DNA of 33,003 bases from Solirubrobacteraceae bacterium (GTDB taxonomy: Bacteria; Actinomycetota; Thermoleophilia; Solirubrobacterales; Solirubrobacteraceae). The stretch's first letter is position 1. Every line of letters starts with the position of its first letter. Below the pieces are notes generated by a model. It saw only the letters and a program-made list of their open reading frames with translations. It searched no databases and was not told the DNA's origin. Shown here piece after piece: positions 24,170 through 32,094 of the stretch. Where the stretch lies: positions 1-33,003 of the forward strand of contig JBIHZY010000001.1 of NCBI GenBank assembly GCA_044240185.1. Reading direction: 5' to 3'. The position numbers and the translations under genes are program-made.

Positions 24170-25769
24170 AATGCGCTTCTCTGGCTGGGGCGTAGAGGCA
24201 GACGCCGGCGAACTCTCGGACCACGTCGTTGAATGGCTTGAGCACCGCTTCGGAGCGCCGATCGCTGCGCGCCTAGCACCGCCATCGGAATCCGAGGTTC
24301 GCCTGAGCAAGAGCAAGCTCTCGAAGCGCGCACATTCAAAGCTGAGCGAGCGCGTAGGAACAACGAACGTCCGCACCGACCAACACTCGAGACTGCTCCA
24401 CTCCGCAGGAAAGGGCTACCCGGACCTACTTTCGATGCGCAGCGGTAATCGTGTGGCTGCTCCGGACGCGGTCGTCTACCCAGCCGACGGCGCCGACGTC
24501 ACGGCCGTACTAAAGATCTGCTCCAAGTACGGGATCGCTGTCGTGCCATTTGGTGGGGGCACCAGCGTCGTCGGCGGCATCACGCCGCTGCGGGGTGGCT
24601 TCGACTCCGTAATCAGCCTCGACCTTCAGCGGCTGCGCGAACTAATCAGCCTCGACGAGAAATCGCGTATTGGGACCTTCGCGGCGGGCCTGCGCGGACC
24701 GGAGCTAGAACACCTTTTGCGAGCGCGCGGATACACGCTCGGTCACTTCCCGCAGAGCTTTGAGTACGCAACTGTCGGCGGCTGGGTCGCGACGCGTTCA
24801 GCAGGCCAGGCTTCGACCGGCTACGGGCGTATCGACGAGAAGCTGGTTGGGGCCAGGCTCGTTGCGCCAGCAGGAGAGTTGAAGCTAGACGCTCGGCCAG
24901 CAAGTGCGGCCGGCCCCGATCTGCGTGCCCTAGTGGCTGGTTCGGAGGGTGCACTTGGCGTCATCACCGAAGCCTCGCTGGAGGTCAGCCCGGCTCCAGA
25001 GGTAACGCGCTACGAGGCATTCATGCTGCCCTCGTTTGGTGCTACCGCTGATGCCCTCCGTGCGCTCGAACAGGCTGGCCAGGCGCCCGATGTGGCCCGC
25101 GCTTCCGACGAGCATGAAACAGAGATGGGACTGGCTTTCGCCGGGATTGAAGGTGCCAAAGGCCGCCTCTTAGAGGGTTACCTCCGCGGCCGCGGGGCAG
25201 GATCAGGAGCGCTGGTGGTGCTCGGCTGGGAAGGGGCGAGCGGGACGATTGACCAGCGCCGCCGCGGGGCGTTATCACTGCTCAAAGAGCATGGCGCCGT
25301 CGGCCTGGGCGCGGGCGCCGGTCGGACGTGGGCCAAGAACCGATTCTCAACGCCGTACCTGCGTGATCACCTGCTTGAACGTGGCGTGATGGTCGAGACG
25401 CTTGAAACCTCGACAACTTGGAGCAACCTAATGCTGCTGTACCGCGGCGTCGGCGACGCGCTCGCGGCGCACGCTCCAATCGTCGGCTGCCACATCTCGC
25501 ACCTCTACCAAAGCGGCGCTTCGCTCTACTTCACTTTTGTCGCAAGACAAGAACAAGGGGACCCCCATGGCCAGTGGCAGAGCGCGAAGCGTGAAGCCTG
25601 CGACGCGATCGTCGCCCACGGTGGCACGATTACGCACCATCACGCGATCGGGATTGATCACCGCCGCTATCTCAAGGCCGAGGACGGGGCAGCCGGCGTC
25701 GCCGCGCTGCGAGCCGTCAAAGCTTCGCTTGACCCAAGCGGGCTGATGAACCCCGGCAAGCTGCTCTAG
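24153..25769 (+). CDS. FAD-linked oxidase resembling alkyldihydroxyacetone-phosphate synthase (AGPS-like)
   Basis: N-terminal FSGWG, then HS.GKGYPDLL..RSG....PDAVVYP....DV..VL..C.KYGIAVVPFGGGTSVVGG (FAD-binding PCMH domain). C-terminal SHLYQSGASLYFTF and THHHAIG match the Tyr and His-His-His loop region as I recall it for eukaryotic AGPS. SD GGGGAG lies 4 nt upstream of ATG 24153. Confidence 0.75.
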   Translation: MAPLTEMRFSGWGVEADAGELSDHVVEWLEHRFGAPIAARLAPPSESEVRLSKSKLSKRAHSKLSERVGTTNVRTDQHSRLLHSAGKGYPDLLSMRSGNRVAAPDAVVYPADGADVTAVLKICSKYGIAVVPFGGGTSVVGGITPLRGGFDSVISLDLQRLRELISLDEKSRIGTFAAGLRGPELEHLLRARGYTLGHFPQSFEYATVGGWVATRSAGQASTGYGRIDEKLVGARLVAPAGELKLDARPASAAGPDLRALVAGSEGALGVITEASLEVSPAPEVTRYEAFMLPSFGATADALRALEQAGQAPDVARASDEHETEMGLAFAGIEGAKGRLLEGYLRGRGAGSGALVVLGWEGASGTIDQRRRGALSLLKEHGAVGLGAGAGRTWAKNRFSTPYLRDHLLERGVMVETLETSTTWSNLMLLYRGVGDALAAHAPIVGCHISHLYQSGASLYFTFVARQEQGDPHGQWQSAKREACDAIVAHGGTITHHHAIGIDHRRYLKAEDGAAGVAALRAVKASLDPSGLMNPGKLL

Positions 25770-25775
25770 CTCGGA

Positions 25776-26699
25776 TTAGCCAGCTGCAAACTGCAGCGCG
25801 CCAACGAGATATGTCTTCGACGGGTTAGTTGGTGCTGGCGAGCTGCGCTCGAGCGTCAAAAGGACGCCGCTGTAGGCCTTCGGGTCCCCGTTGAGCGTTC
25901 CTTGCAGGCCAACGCCGCCGCTGCCGACCGACTGGAGGTAGCCGAGCCATACCGCTGCCTTGCCATTCGCTGTAAGCCAGATCCCGTACTGCGAGCCGCT
26001 CGGCGCCTTTGGCAACCCCTTGGCGACCACGCTAAGGACGCGTGCTTCGGACTGCGCAGAGATGCCGGCAAAGCCGACGGCTTTCGGTGCTGGTGCGCCG
26101 GCGGGCGCTTTCAGCGCCGCTCTCGCAACCTCTGTAGCGCTTGGGTCAGAGACATTCGTCGCACTGCCAGCGGCCGACTCAGTCGGGGTTGGATCGTTGC
26201 CCCCGGTCACGCGGCCAAGTCCGAATCCAGCGCCGATCGCGATCAACAGACAGACGCCGGCGATAAGGAAGAATCCGCCTCGCGATCGGCTGTCGTATGC
26301 ATCCGCGGTCGCCGCGTCCGATCCCAAAGACTGCTCCGTGCCTTGCGGCTCTGCGCCCGGGATCGGCGGAAGCGACGAGCTTGCGATCCCGGCCAAGGGC
26401 GCGGAGGCGGCGCGGGCCCAAGCGCGATCGGAGGCTGAGCGCATCAGCGACGCCCTTGTCTTGCTAGCTGCATCGCTGTCCTGCTGGCCGAGCAGGTAGT
26501 CACCGATTTCGGCGCGCCGTTTGGACGCCGGCGCTTTCTCCGGTTCGGCCAGACTGGTCAACGCCGCATAGGCCCGCTCACTTACTGCCGCCGCGCTGAG
26601 GTCGAGCGCCTGTGCGATCTCGCCGTAGCTCTTCTGCTGCGTGAGCAGCAGGCTGAGGACGGCACCCTGGTCGGCTGGAAGCGAATCGAATGTTGACAT
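25776..26699 (-). CDS. Single-pass membrane protein: sigma-70 region-4-like HTH (N-terminal, cytoplasmic) fused to an anti-sigma-K RskA-type C-terminal domain
   Basis: N-terminus LPADQGAVLSLLLTQQKSYGEIAQALDLSAAAVSERAYAALTSL resembles ECF region 4.2. One TM segment (FFLIAGVCLLIAIGAGFGLG). The C-terminus (SQYGIWLTANGKA...LLTLERS.PAPTNPS.TYLVGAL) follows the RskA extracytoplasmic pattern (YQ.WL...G....G.......T.EP..G...P.G). No zf-HC2 (HxxxCxxC) motif is present. Confidence 0.65.
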   Translation of the reverse strand: MSTFDSLPADQGAVLSLLLTQQKSYGEIAQALDLSAAAVSERAYAALTSLAEPEKAPASKRRAEIGDYLLGQQDSDAASKTRASLMRSASDRAWARAASAPLAGIASSSLPPIPGAEPQGTEQSLGSDAATADAYDSRSRGGFFLIAGVCLLIAIGAGFGLGRVTGGNDPTPTESAAGSATNVSDPSATEVARAALKAPAGAPAPKAVGFAGISAQSEARVLSVVAKGLPKAPSGSQYGIWLTANGKAAVWLGYLQSVGSGGVGLQGTLNGDPKAYSGVLLTLERSSPAPTNPSKTYLVGALQFAAG

Positions 26700-26740
26700 C
26701 AGGGTCTAGCGTAGAGCAGGGCATCGGTATCGTGCGCCCC

Positions 26741-27169
26741 ATGACAGATTTCATGCCTGGCTCCAATCTCCAGCCAGTGGTGCCGCTAGAGCGCACATTC
26801 GACACTCTTTACGGGCTCGAGATGCTCGAGCTAACCCCGGAGATGGCGCGCGCTCGCGTCGTCGTCAGAGAACACCACATGCAGCCGATGGGGCTCGTTC
26901 ACGGTGGCGTATTTGCCTCGATCGCCGAGTCCTTGGCGTCGGCAGCGACCGCCGTTGGCGTCGTTCCCGAGGGCAGCTCAGCGCAAGGGCTTTCAAACCA
27001 GACAAGTTTCCTGCGTCCAATTCTTTCGGGGACGATTCACGCAGTTGCGCGGCGCCGCCACAAGGGCCGCACAACGTGGGTCTGGGAAGTCGAGATCAGC
27101 GACGACGAGGACCGACTCTGTGCGCTCGTGCGGATGACAATCGCCGTCCGCCCGATTCCCGTCAATTAG
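26741..27169 (+). CDS. PaaI/YbdB-type hotdog-fold acyl-CoA thioesterase
   Basis: LYGLEMLELTPE.ARARV.V.......GLVHGGVFASIAES, followed by a C-terminal beta-sheet segment (GRTTWVWEVEISDDEDRLCALVRMT). Start chosen at ATG 26741. Confidence 0.8.
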   Translation: MTDFMPGSNLQPVVPLERTFDTLYGLEMLELTPEMARARVVVREHHMQPMGLVHGGVFASIAESLASAATAVGVVPEGSSAQGLSNQTSFLRPILSGTIHAVARRRHKGRTTWVWEVEISDDEDRLCALVRMTIAVRPIPVN

Positions 27170-27172
27170 CGA

Positions 27173-28852
27173 TTAGCTGTTGTAACGGTTTGTAATCGGC
27201 ATCCGGCGGTCGCGACCGAAGGCCTTACCGGTGACCTTGATCCCCGGTGGTTGCTGGCGCCGCTTGTATTCAGCGCGGTCGACCAGGCCGATTACAAACT
27301 TGACCGTCTCAGCGTCGAAGCCTTCGGCCACTAGCTGCTCGGCGCCGAGGTCGCGCTCGACATAACCCTCAAGCAGTGGATCGAGAATCTCATAGGGGGG
27401 AAGTGAATCTTCGTCGGCTTGGTCGGCGCGCAGCTCTGCCGACGGCGGGCGCGTCAGGATCGAAGGCGGGATCGGACTGTCGCTGCGATTATTGCGGAGC
27501 TCACAGAGACGGTAGACGAGCAATTTCGGCAGATCCTTGATTACCGCAAAGCCTCCGGCGCTGTCGCCATAGAGCGTCGAGTAGCCGACTGCCATCTCGG
27601 ATTTGTTCCCTGTCGTCAGCACCAACCAACCGAACTTGTTCGAGAGCGCCATCAGGATGTTGCCGCGAATCCTTGCTTGGAGATTTTCCTCGGTGAGGTC
27701 AGGCGCGCGGCCCGCGAAGGGCTCGGCGAGCAACGCGTCGTAGTCTTCCATCAGCCCGCCGATCGGCAGCTCAAGCAGCTCGACGCCGAGCGCCGCGGCC
27801 AACGCGACGGCGTCGCTATAGGTTCCTTCTGAGCTGAACTGAGAAGGCATCGTGACGCAGCTGACGCGGTCGGCGCCGAGCGCCTCATGTGCGATGCAGG
27901 CCACCAACGCCGAGTCAACGCCACCTGAGAGTCCAAGCACGACGCGCCCGAAGCCGTTCTTATCTGCGTAATCGCGCGTGCCGAGCACTAGTGCCGCATA
28001 GACGGCCTCGTCGTCGCTTTTGACGCGCGCGATCAGGTGGTCGAGGCTGGTGTCATCAGAAGCGGGGTTGGTCGTGAAGCTGCCGATCAGCTCGACATTC
28101 GGGTGGTCGTCAGCGCTGAACTCGGCCGCCTGCAGCGGAACTTCGCAGCTCAGCAGCCACTGCTCAAACTGCGGCGCGCGCGCAAGGATTTCGCCGCCGG
28201 CGGCGACAACTAGCGAGTGGCCGTCGAAAACCAGCTCATCCTGACCGCCGACCTGGCCGCAAAAGGCGACGGCGACGCCGTACTCGCGCGCTCGTTCAGC
28301 GAGCATCTGCTCGCGTGCGGGTCCTTTACCGGCCTGGAACGGCGAGGCAGAGAGGTTCACTATCAGGCTCGCGCCGGCAGCCGCCTCATCACTCTCTGGC
28401 GCGCCTGAGCTCCAGATGTCTTCGCAAATACTGAGCCCAATCAGTGCGCCGTTCAGTTCGATCAGCGCTCCGCGAGTGCCAGCCGCGAAATAGCGATGTT
28501 CGTCGAAGACCCCGTAATTTGGCAGCAAGTTCTTGCGATAGCTGCCACATATATGTCCGTCTGCGAGCACTGCGGCTGAGTTGTAGACAGCGCCGTCGTG
28601 CTCTGGATAGCCGACCACGGCGACGATCCCTTCAACCTGCGCAGCGATCCGCTCTAGCGCTGAGGAGACATCGCTAAGGACGTGTTCTTTCAGCAACAGA
28701 TCCTCCGGCGGGTAACCGGTTAGCGCCAGCTCCGGCAGGCAGACGAGGGCCGCGCCAGCCGCACGAGCATCGGCAATCGAATTCGTGATCAGCAGCTCAT
28801 TACCGGCGATGTCGCCGACAACCGGGTTGATCTGGGCGAGCGCAATCCGCAC
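27173..28852 (-). CDS. nadE: Glutamine-dependent NAD+ synthetase (CN-hydrolase domain plus synthetase domain)
   Basis: MRIALAQINPVVGD N-terminal nitrilase-like domain, LGLSGGVDS P-loop-like ATP pyrophosphatase motif, and the C-terminal KR...PPG.K motif. Confidence 0.95.
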   Translation of the reverse strand: MRIALAQINPVVGDIAGNELLITNSIADARAAGAALVCLPELALTGYPPEDLLLKEHVLSDVSSALERIAAQVEGIVAVVGYPEHDGAVYNSAAVLADGHICGSYRKNLLPNYGVFDEHRYFAAGTRGALIELNGALIGLSICEDIWSSGAPESDEAAAGASLIVNLSASPFQAGKGPAREQMLAERAREYGVAVAFCGQVGGQDELVFDGHSLVVAAGGEILARAPQFEQWLLSCEVPLQAAEFSADDHPNVELIGSFTTNPASDDTSLDHLIARVKSDDEAVYAALVLGTRDYADKNGFGRVVLGLSGGVDSALVACIAHEALGADRVSCVTMPSQFSSEGTYSDAVALAAALGVELLELPIGGLMEDYDALLAEPFAGRAPDLTEENLQARIRGNILMALSNKFGWLVLTTGNKSEMAVGYSTLYGDSAGGFAVIKDLPKLLVYRLCELRNNRSDSPIPPSILTRPPSAELRADQADEDSLPPYEILDPLLEGYVERDLGAEQLVAEGFDAETVKFVIGLVDRAEYKRRQQPPGIKVTGKAFGRDRRMPITNRYNS

Positions 28853-28857
28853 GATGC

Positions 28858-30342
28858 TTAGGCGACGCTCAGCGTTTCGCCGTCAGGCGTATGGGCCGAG
28901 AAAAGTGTTTCGTGATCGGCGCTGTCCCAGCGATGACGATCGGTCTCGGCGGCGCGGCCAAGATCGAACAGCGCGCCCTTGAAGTCGGCAACGACGTCGC
29001 CAAGGTCGGGCAAAGCGTCGTAATCGGCGAGCAGCCCAAAGCTGAGTCGCCCGCAATAACTCATCGCGGCAATGCCAAGCGCGGTCTTCGTCGTCAACGG
29101 AACAACCGGATAGAGCGCATCCAACCTGCGGCCGAGCAGATAGAGCGGTTGCTGTGGCCCCGGCACATTGGTCACGACGAGATTGAAGAGTCGCTGGCGA
29201 CTTTGGAGCCTGGCCGCTTGACTGGCGATCGTCGGCGGCGCGAAGCCCGCCAATTCGGTCAGCGTGTCGGCTCCAACGGCCTGATCGGAGAGCTTCAGAT
29301 CACCCATCTTCTTCGAGATGTAGCGGAACGCCGCGGCGGGGTCTTCTTCGAAGACCGGGAGCGGCGCCCAGAGTGCGGAGACACGGTTGCCGAGCTCGCC
29401 CGATTGATCCTCACTGCGGACCGACACCGGAACCATTGCGGTTAGCGTCAAACCGGCCGTGTCAGTTCCCCTGCGCCGCAGCCAGCGCCCTAGCCCAAGC
29501 GAAACTGTCGTCAGCACCGCATCGTTGATTGTGCCGTCGAGCCCGTTCTTGATCTGCTTGAAGCTCGCCAACGAAGCGTTGACCCAGCCGTAGCGTCGGT
29601 GTGACCCGATCGGCTGGTTGAGTGGCGTTGGCGGCGCCGAGCGAACGCCGGCCCATGCCAATGCTCCCGTCTGCTCAAGGCGGCCGCCAAGCTCGGCGAT
29701 CGCGCGGCGCGGCGAGCGCACGAGTGCACGAGCGGCGCGCGAGACTTCCGACGGATCTGAAAAGCGTTCGATCAAAGCGTCGCCGAAGAGGTCGGCTGAG
29801 CTTGGCAAGGGCCGCGGGATCCATTCGGCGGCAGCTGGCAGCGGCGCTTCATCAGGGCTCGCCGAGAACAGCACCGAAGTGATGTCGACGCCCGAAATAC
29901 CGTCTACAAGTGCGTGATGGGTTTTAACGATCACGGCAAAGCGCGGGAGGCCATCCGGACCGGCCGAAAGACCTTCAACGAGGTTCATCTCCCACAGCGG
30001 CTTGTCGCGGTCCAGTCGCTCCGCGAAGAGGCGACCGGCTAGCGCTGCTAGCTGGGCGTCTTCACCAGGGCTCGGCAGCGCCGAGTGACGCAGGTGGTAG
30101 CGGACGTTGAAGTGGGGATCGTCGACCCAGACCGGCCGTCCCTGTTCAAGCGGCACGAATGCCAACCGCTGCCGATAGCGCGGGACGCGGTCGAGTCGCG
30201 ACTGGAGGAAGCGCAGGAATTCGTCGTACGGGGGAGCCTCACCAGAGAAAACCATGATCGACGCTACGTGCATGTGGGCGCCGCCGCGCTCGAGGTGCAG
30301 GAATGCTGAGTCGAGGCCGGAAAGACGGTCTGGATTGCTCAT
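28858..30342 (-). CDS. Wax ester synthase / diacylglycerol O-acyltransferase (WS/DGAT family)
   Basis: Catalytic HHALVDGISG (HHxxxDG), N-terminal LSGLDSAFL, and C-terminal NVPGPQQPLYL. Lies 5 nt upstream of nadE on the same strand. Confidence 0.9.
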   Translation of the reverse strand: MSNPDRLSGLDSAFLHLERGGAHMHVASIMVFSGEAPPYDEFLRFLQSRLDRVPRYRQRLAFVPLEQGRPVWVDDPHFNVRYHLRHSALPSPGEDAQLAALAGRLFAERLDRDKPLWEMNLVEGLSAGPDGLPRFAVIVKTHHALVDGISGVDITSVLFSASPDEAPLPAAAEWIPRPLPSSADLFGDALIERFSDPSEVSRAARALVRSPRRAIAELGGRLEQTGALAWAGVRSAPPTPLNQPIGSHRRYGWVNASLASFKQIKNGLDGTINDAVLTTVSLGLGRWLRRRGTDTAGLTLTAMVPVSVRSEDQSGELGNRVSALWAPLPVFEEDPAAAFRYISKKMGDLKLSDQAVGADTLTELAGFAPPTIASQAARLQSRQRLFNLVVTNVPGPQQPLYLLGRRLDALYPVVPLTTKTALGIAAMSYCGRLSFGLLADYDALPDLGDVVADFKGALFDLGRAAETDRHRWDSADHETLFSAHTPDGETLSVA

Positions 30343-30365
30343 GGGGCAAGTCTAATGGCCTCTGT

Positions 30366-30433
30366 GACCAACGTTACACAAGGTTGCCCACAACCTTCCA
30401 CAAAGGTTGTATAGTGTTTCTCATCGACCAACG
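30366..30433. promoter_or_regulatory. Repeat cluster in the WS/DGAT / ECF-sigma divergent region: AAGGTTG (30380-30386), CAACCTT (30391-30397), AAGGTTG (30403-30409), flanked by direct GACCAACG repeats (30366-30373, 30426-30433)
   Basis: Read directly. The middle arm can pair with either outer arm: 7 bp with the left arm, 8 bp (ACAACCTT/AAGGTTGT) with the right arm. A TATAGT hexamer sits at 30410-30415. A TAGACT hexamer on the minus strand (30349-30354) lies 6 nt from the WS/DGAT ATG. Confidence 0.55.
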
Positions 30434-30446
30434 AGATGAGGGCCCA

Positions 30447-30989
30447 ATGGATATCAGCAACCCGGCAATCTACACCGAGATCTACGAGCAGCACCGCCGC
30501 GGAGTGTTCGCCGCCGCTTATCGAATTCTTGGCAACGAAGCCCAGGCCGATGACGTTGTCCAGGACGTCTTCATCAAAGTCTGGCGCAAACCGGCGTCAT
30601 TCGACTCCAAGCGCGGCGAGCTGGGCAGCTACCTAAGGCTTATGGCGCGCAGTCGTGCACTCGACCTATGGCGCGAGGCGCAGGCCGCAGGCCGCGCTAG
30701 CGACCGGCTCAAGGTCGTAGTCTCGACGGGCGACGCTCAGAGCACCGAGCGCCCCGACCAATTCGTTGAGCGCGCTGAGGCAACAGACAGCGTCGTCGAA
30801 GCACTGCGCACGCTGCCCGAGAATCAGCGCGAAGCGGTTGTGCTCGCCTACTGGGGTGGCTTAACAGCGGAAGAGGTAGCGAGTCGAGCAGCCGTGCCAC
30901 TCGGCACTGCGAAGAGCCGAATTCGCCTCGGACTCACTAAATTGCGCGCAGAATTTGGCGAAGGATACATCGCAGCTAGCGCCGCCTAA
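30447..30989 (+). CDS. ECF (group 4) RNA polymerase sigma-70 factor
   Basis: Region 2 (AAYRILGNEAQADDVVQDVFIKVWR, SYLRLMARSRALDLWR) and region 4 (LPENQREAVVLAYWGGLTAEEVASRAAVPLGTAKSRIRLGL.KLR). Start chosen at ATG 30447 with GAGGG 4 nt upstream. No adjacent anti-sigma gene. Confidence 0.85.
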   Translation: MDISNPAIYTEIYEQHRRGVFAAAYRILGNEAQADDVVQDVFIKVWRKPASFDSKRGELGSYLRLMARSRALDLWREAQAAGRASDRLKVVVSTGDAQSTERPDQFVERAEATDSVVEALRTLPENQREAVVLAYWGGLTAEEVASRAAVPLGTAKSRIRLGLTKLRAEFGEGYIAASAA

Positions 30990-31029
30990 GGGCGCCAACC
31001 CGTCGGCACCGCTCCGTAGCCTGAGCTAG

Positions 31030-32094
31030 ATCGCTGGTCTGCTCGCCCACATAGACCTAGACGCCTTCTTCGCTTCGGTTGAACTGAGCCAAAGGCCCGA
31101 GCTGAAGGGCCTCCCGGTGATCGTCGCCGGCAGCGGGCCTCGAGCGGTCGCCACAACGGCTTCCTACGAGGCTCGTCTCTTTGGCGTCGGCTCCGGTATG
31201 CCGGCTGCGCAGGCGCTGAGACTCTGTCCGCAGGCGATCGTTATCCCGCCGAACTCAGCCGCATACCGAGAGGTTTCGCAACAGGTCATGGCTGTTATCC
31301 GCAGCCATATCGGGCGCGTTGAGCAACTGGGAATTGATGAGGCGTTCCTCGACCTCGAAGGCCTTCACTCGCCAAAGTCGGCGATGCGCCGACTCGTGGT
31401 CGATATCTACGAACAGACGTCGATGCGCGCCTCTGTTGGGATTGGCCCCAATCGTCTCGTCGCCAAGGTTGCCTCCGACGCGGAGAAGCCGAACGGTTTT
31501 GTCGTCTTGACTGTCGAGCAGGCGCAACAGCGCTTCGCCGCTGAGCCAGTTTCGCTAGTTCCTGGGATCGGGCCACGCACGAGTGAGCGGCTGGGGGAGA
31601 TGGGCATCACGACAATCGCGGAGCTACGCGCCAGCGACGAGGAAGCGCTGACGGCCCGATTTGGCCCGCGTCAAGGCACAGCGCTGATTGCTCTCGCGAA
31701 CTTTGAGGCATCAGCCGAAATTGTGACGGAGCGCGAAGCTGTCAGTGAGTCACGCGAGACAACCTTTGATCAGGACATCCGTACGGGCGTCGAGCTCGAA
31801 GCGGCACTAAGAAAGCTGGCCCACGAACTTGTCGAAGCGCTGAAGCGCAACCAACGCAGCGGCAAGACAATCCGAATCAAGGTAAGGCTCGATGACTGGA
31901 CAACGGTTACGCGAGCTAAGACGATCGGCTCGGCGACGAACGATTACGAAACGATTGTGAAGGTCGCGACATTGCTGCTGCGGGAATACGATCCACAGCG
32001 ACCGGTGCGGCTAATTGGCGTCGGCGTGAGCGGCTTCGCTTCTCTGGACCAGCCGAGCCAGCTCTCGCTGCCGCTTGAAAACCCAGCCGCCTAA
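31030..32094 (+). CDS. dinB: DNA polymerase IV (Y-family); start codon unresolved and probably non-canonical
   Basis: The conserved N-terminal catalytic motif [12 protein letters not shown] is encoded in frame at 31048-31083, downstream of an in-frame TAG (31027-31029) and upstream of the first canonical start (GTG 31117). Downstream motifs: [40 protein letters not shown]. The 5' coordinate is the first sense codon (ATC); CTG 31039 is an alternative. Confidence 0.8.
   Translation: MAGLLAHIDLDAFFASVELSQRPELKGLPVIVAGSGPRAVATTASYEARLFGVGSGMPAAQALRLCPQAIVIPPNSAAYREVSQQVMAVIRSHIGRVEQLGIDEAFLDLEGLHSPKSAMRRLVVDIYEQTSMRASVGIGPNRLVAKVASDAEKPNGFVVLTVEQAQQRFAAEPVSLVPGIGPRTSERLGEMGITTIAELRASDEEALTARFGPRQGTALIALANFEASAEIVTEREAVSESRETTFDQDIRTGVELEAALRKLAHELVEALKRNQRSGKTIRIKVRLDDWTTVTRAKTIGSATNDYETIVKVATLLLREYDPQRPVRLIGVGVSGFASLDQPSQLSLPLENPAA

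Noticed and set aside
25902-26499. Two ~178-aa plus-strand ORFs opposite the RskA-like gene
   Set aside because: They overlap each other and the better-supported minus-strand gene, which has an HTH, a TM segment and the RskA pattern. Neither has its own motifs or an SD.
30303-30446. 48-codon N-terminal extension of the ECF sigma ORF
   Set aside because: It would overlap the WS/DGAT 5' end and run through the repeat-rich promoter region. Sigma region 2 begins right after ATG 30447, which has a GAGGG SD.
31117-32094. The ORF-track version of dinB, starting at GTG 31117
   Set aside because: It would delete the conserved DxD-containing N-terminal motif, which is present in frame just upstream. 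See the dinB finding.
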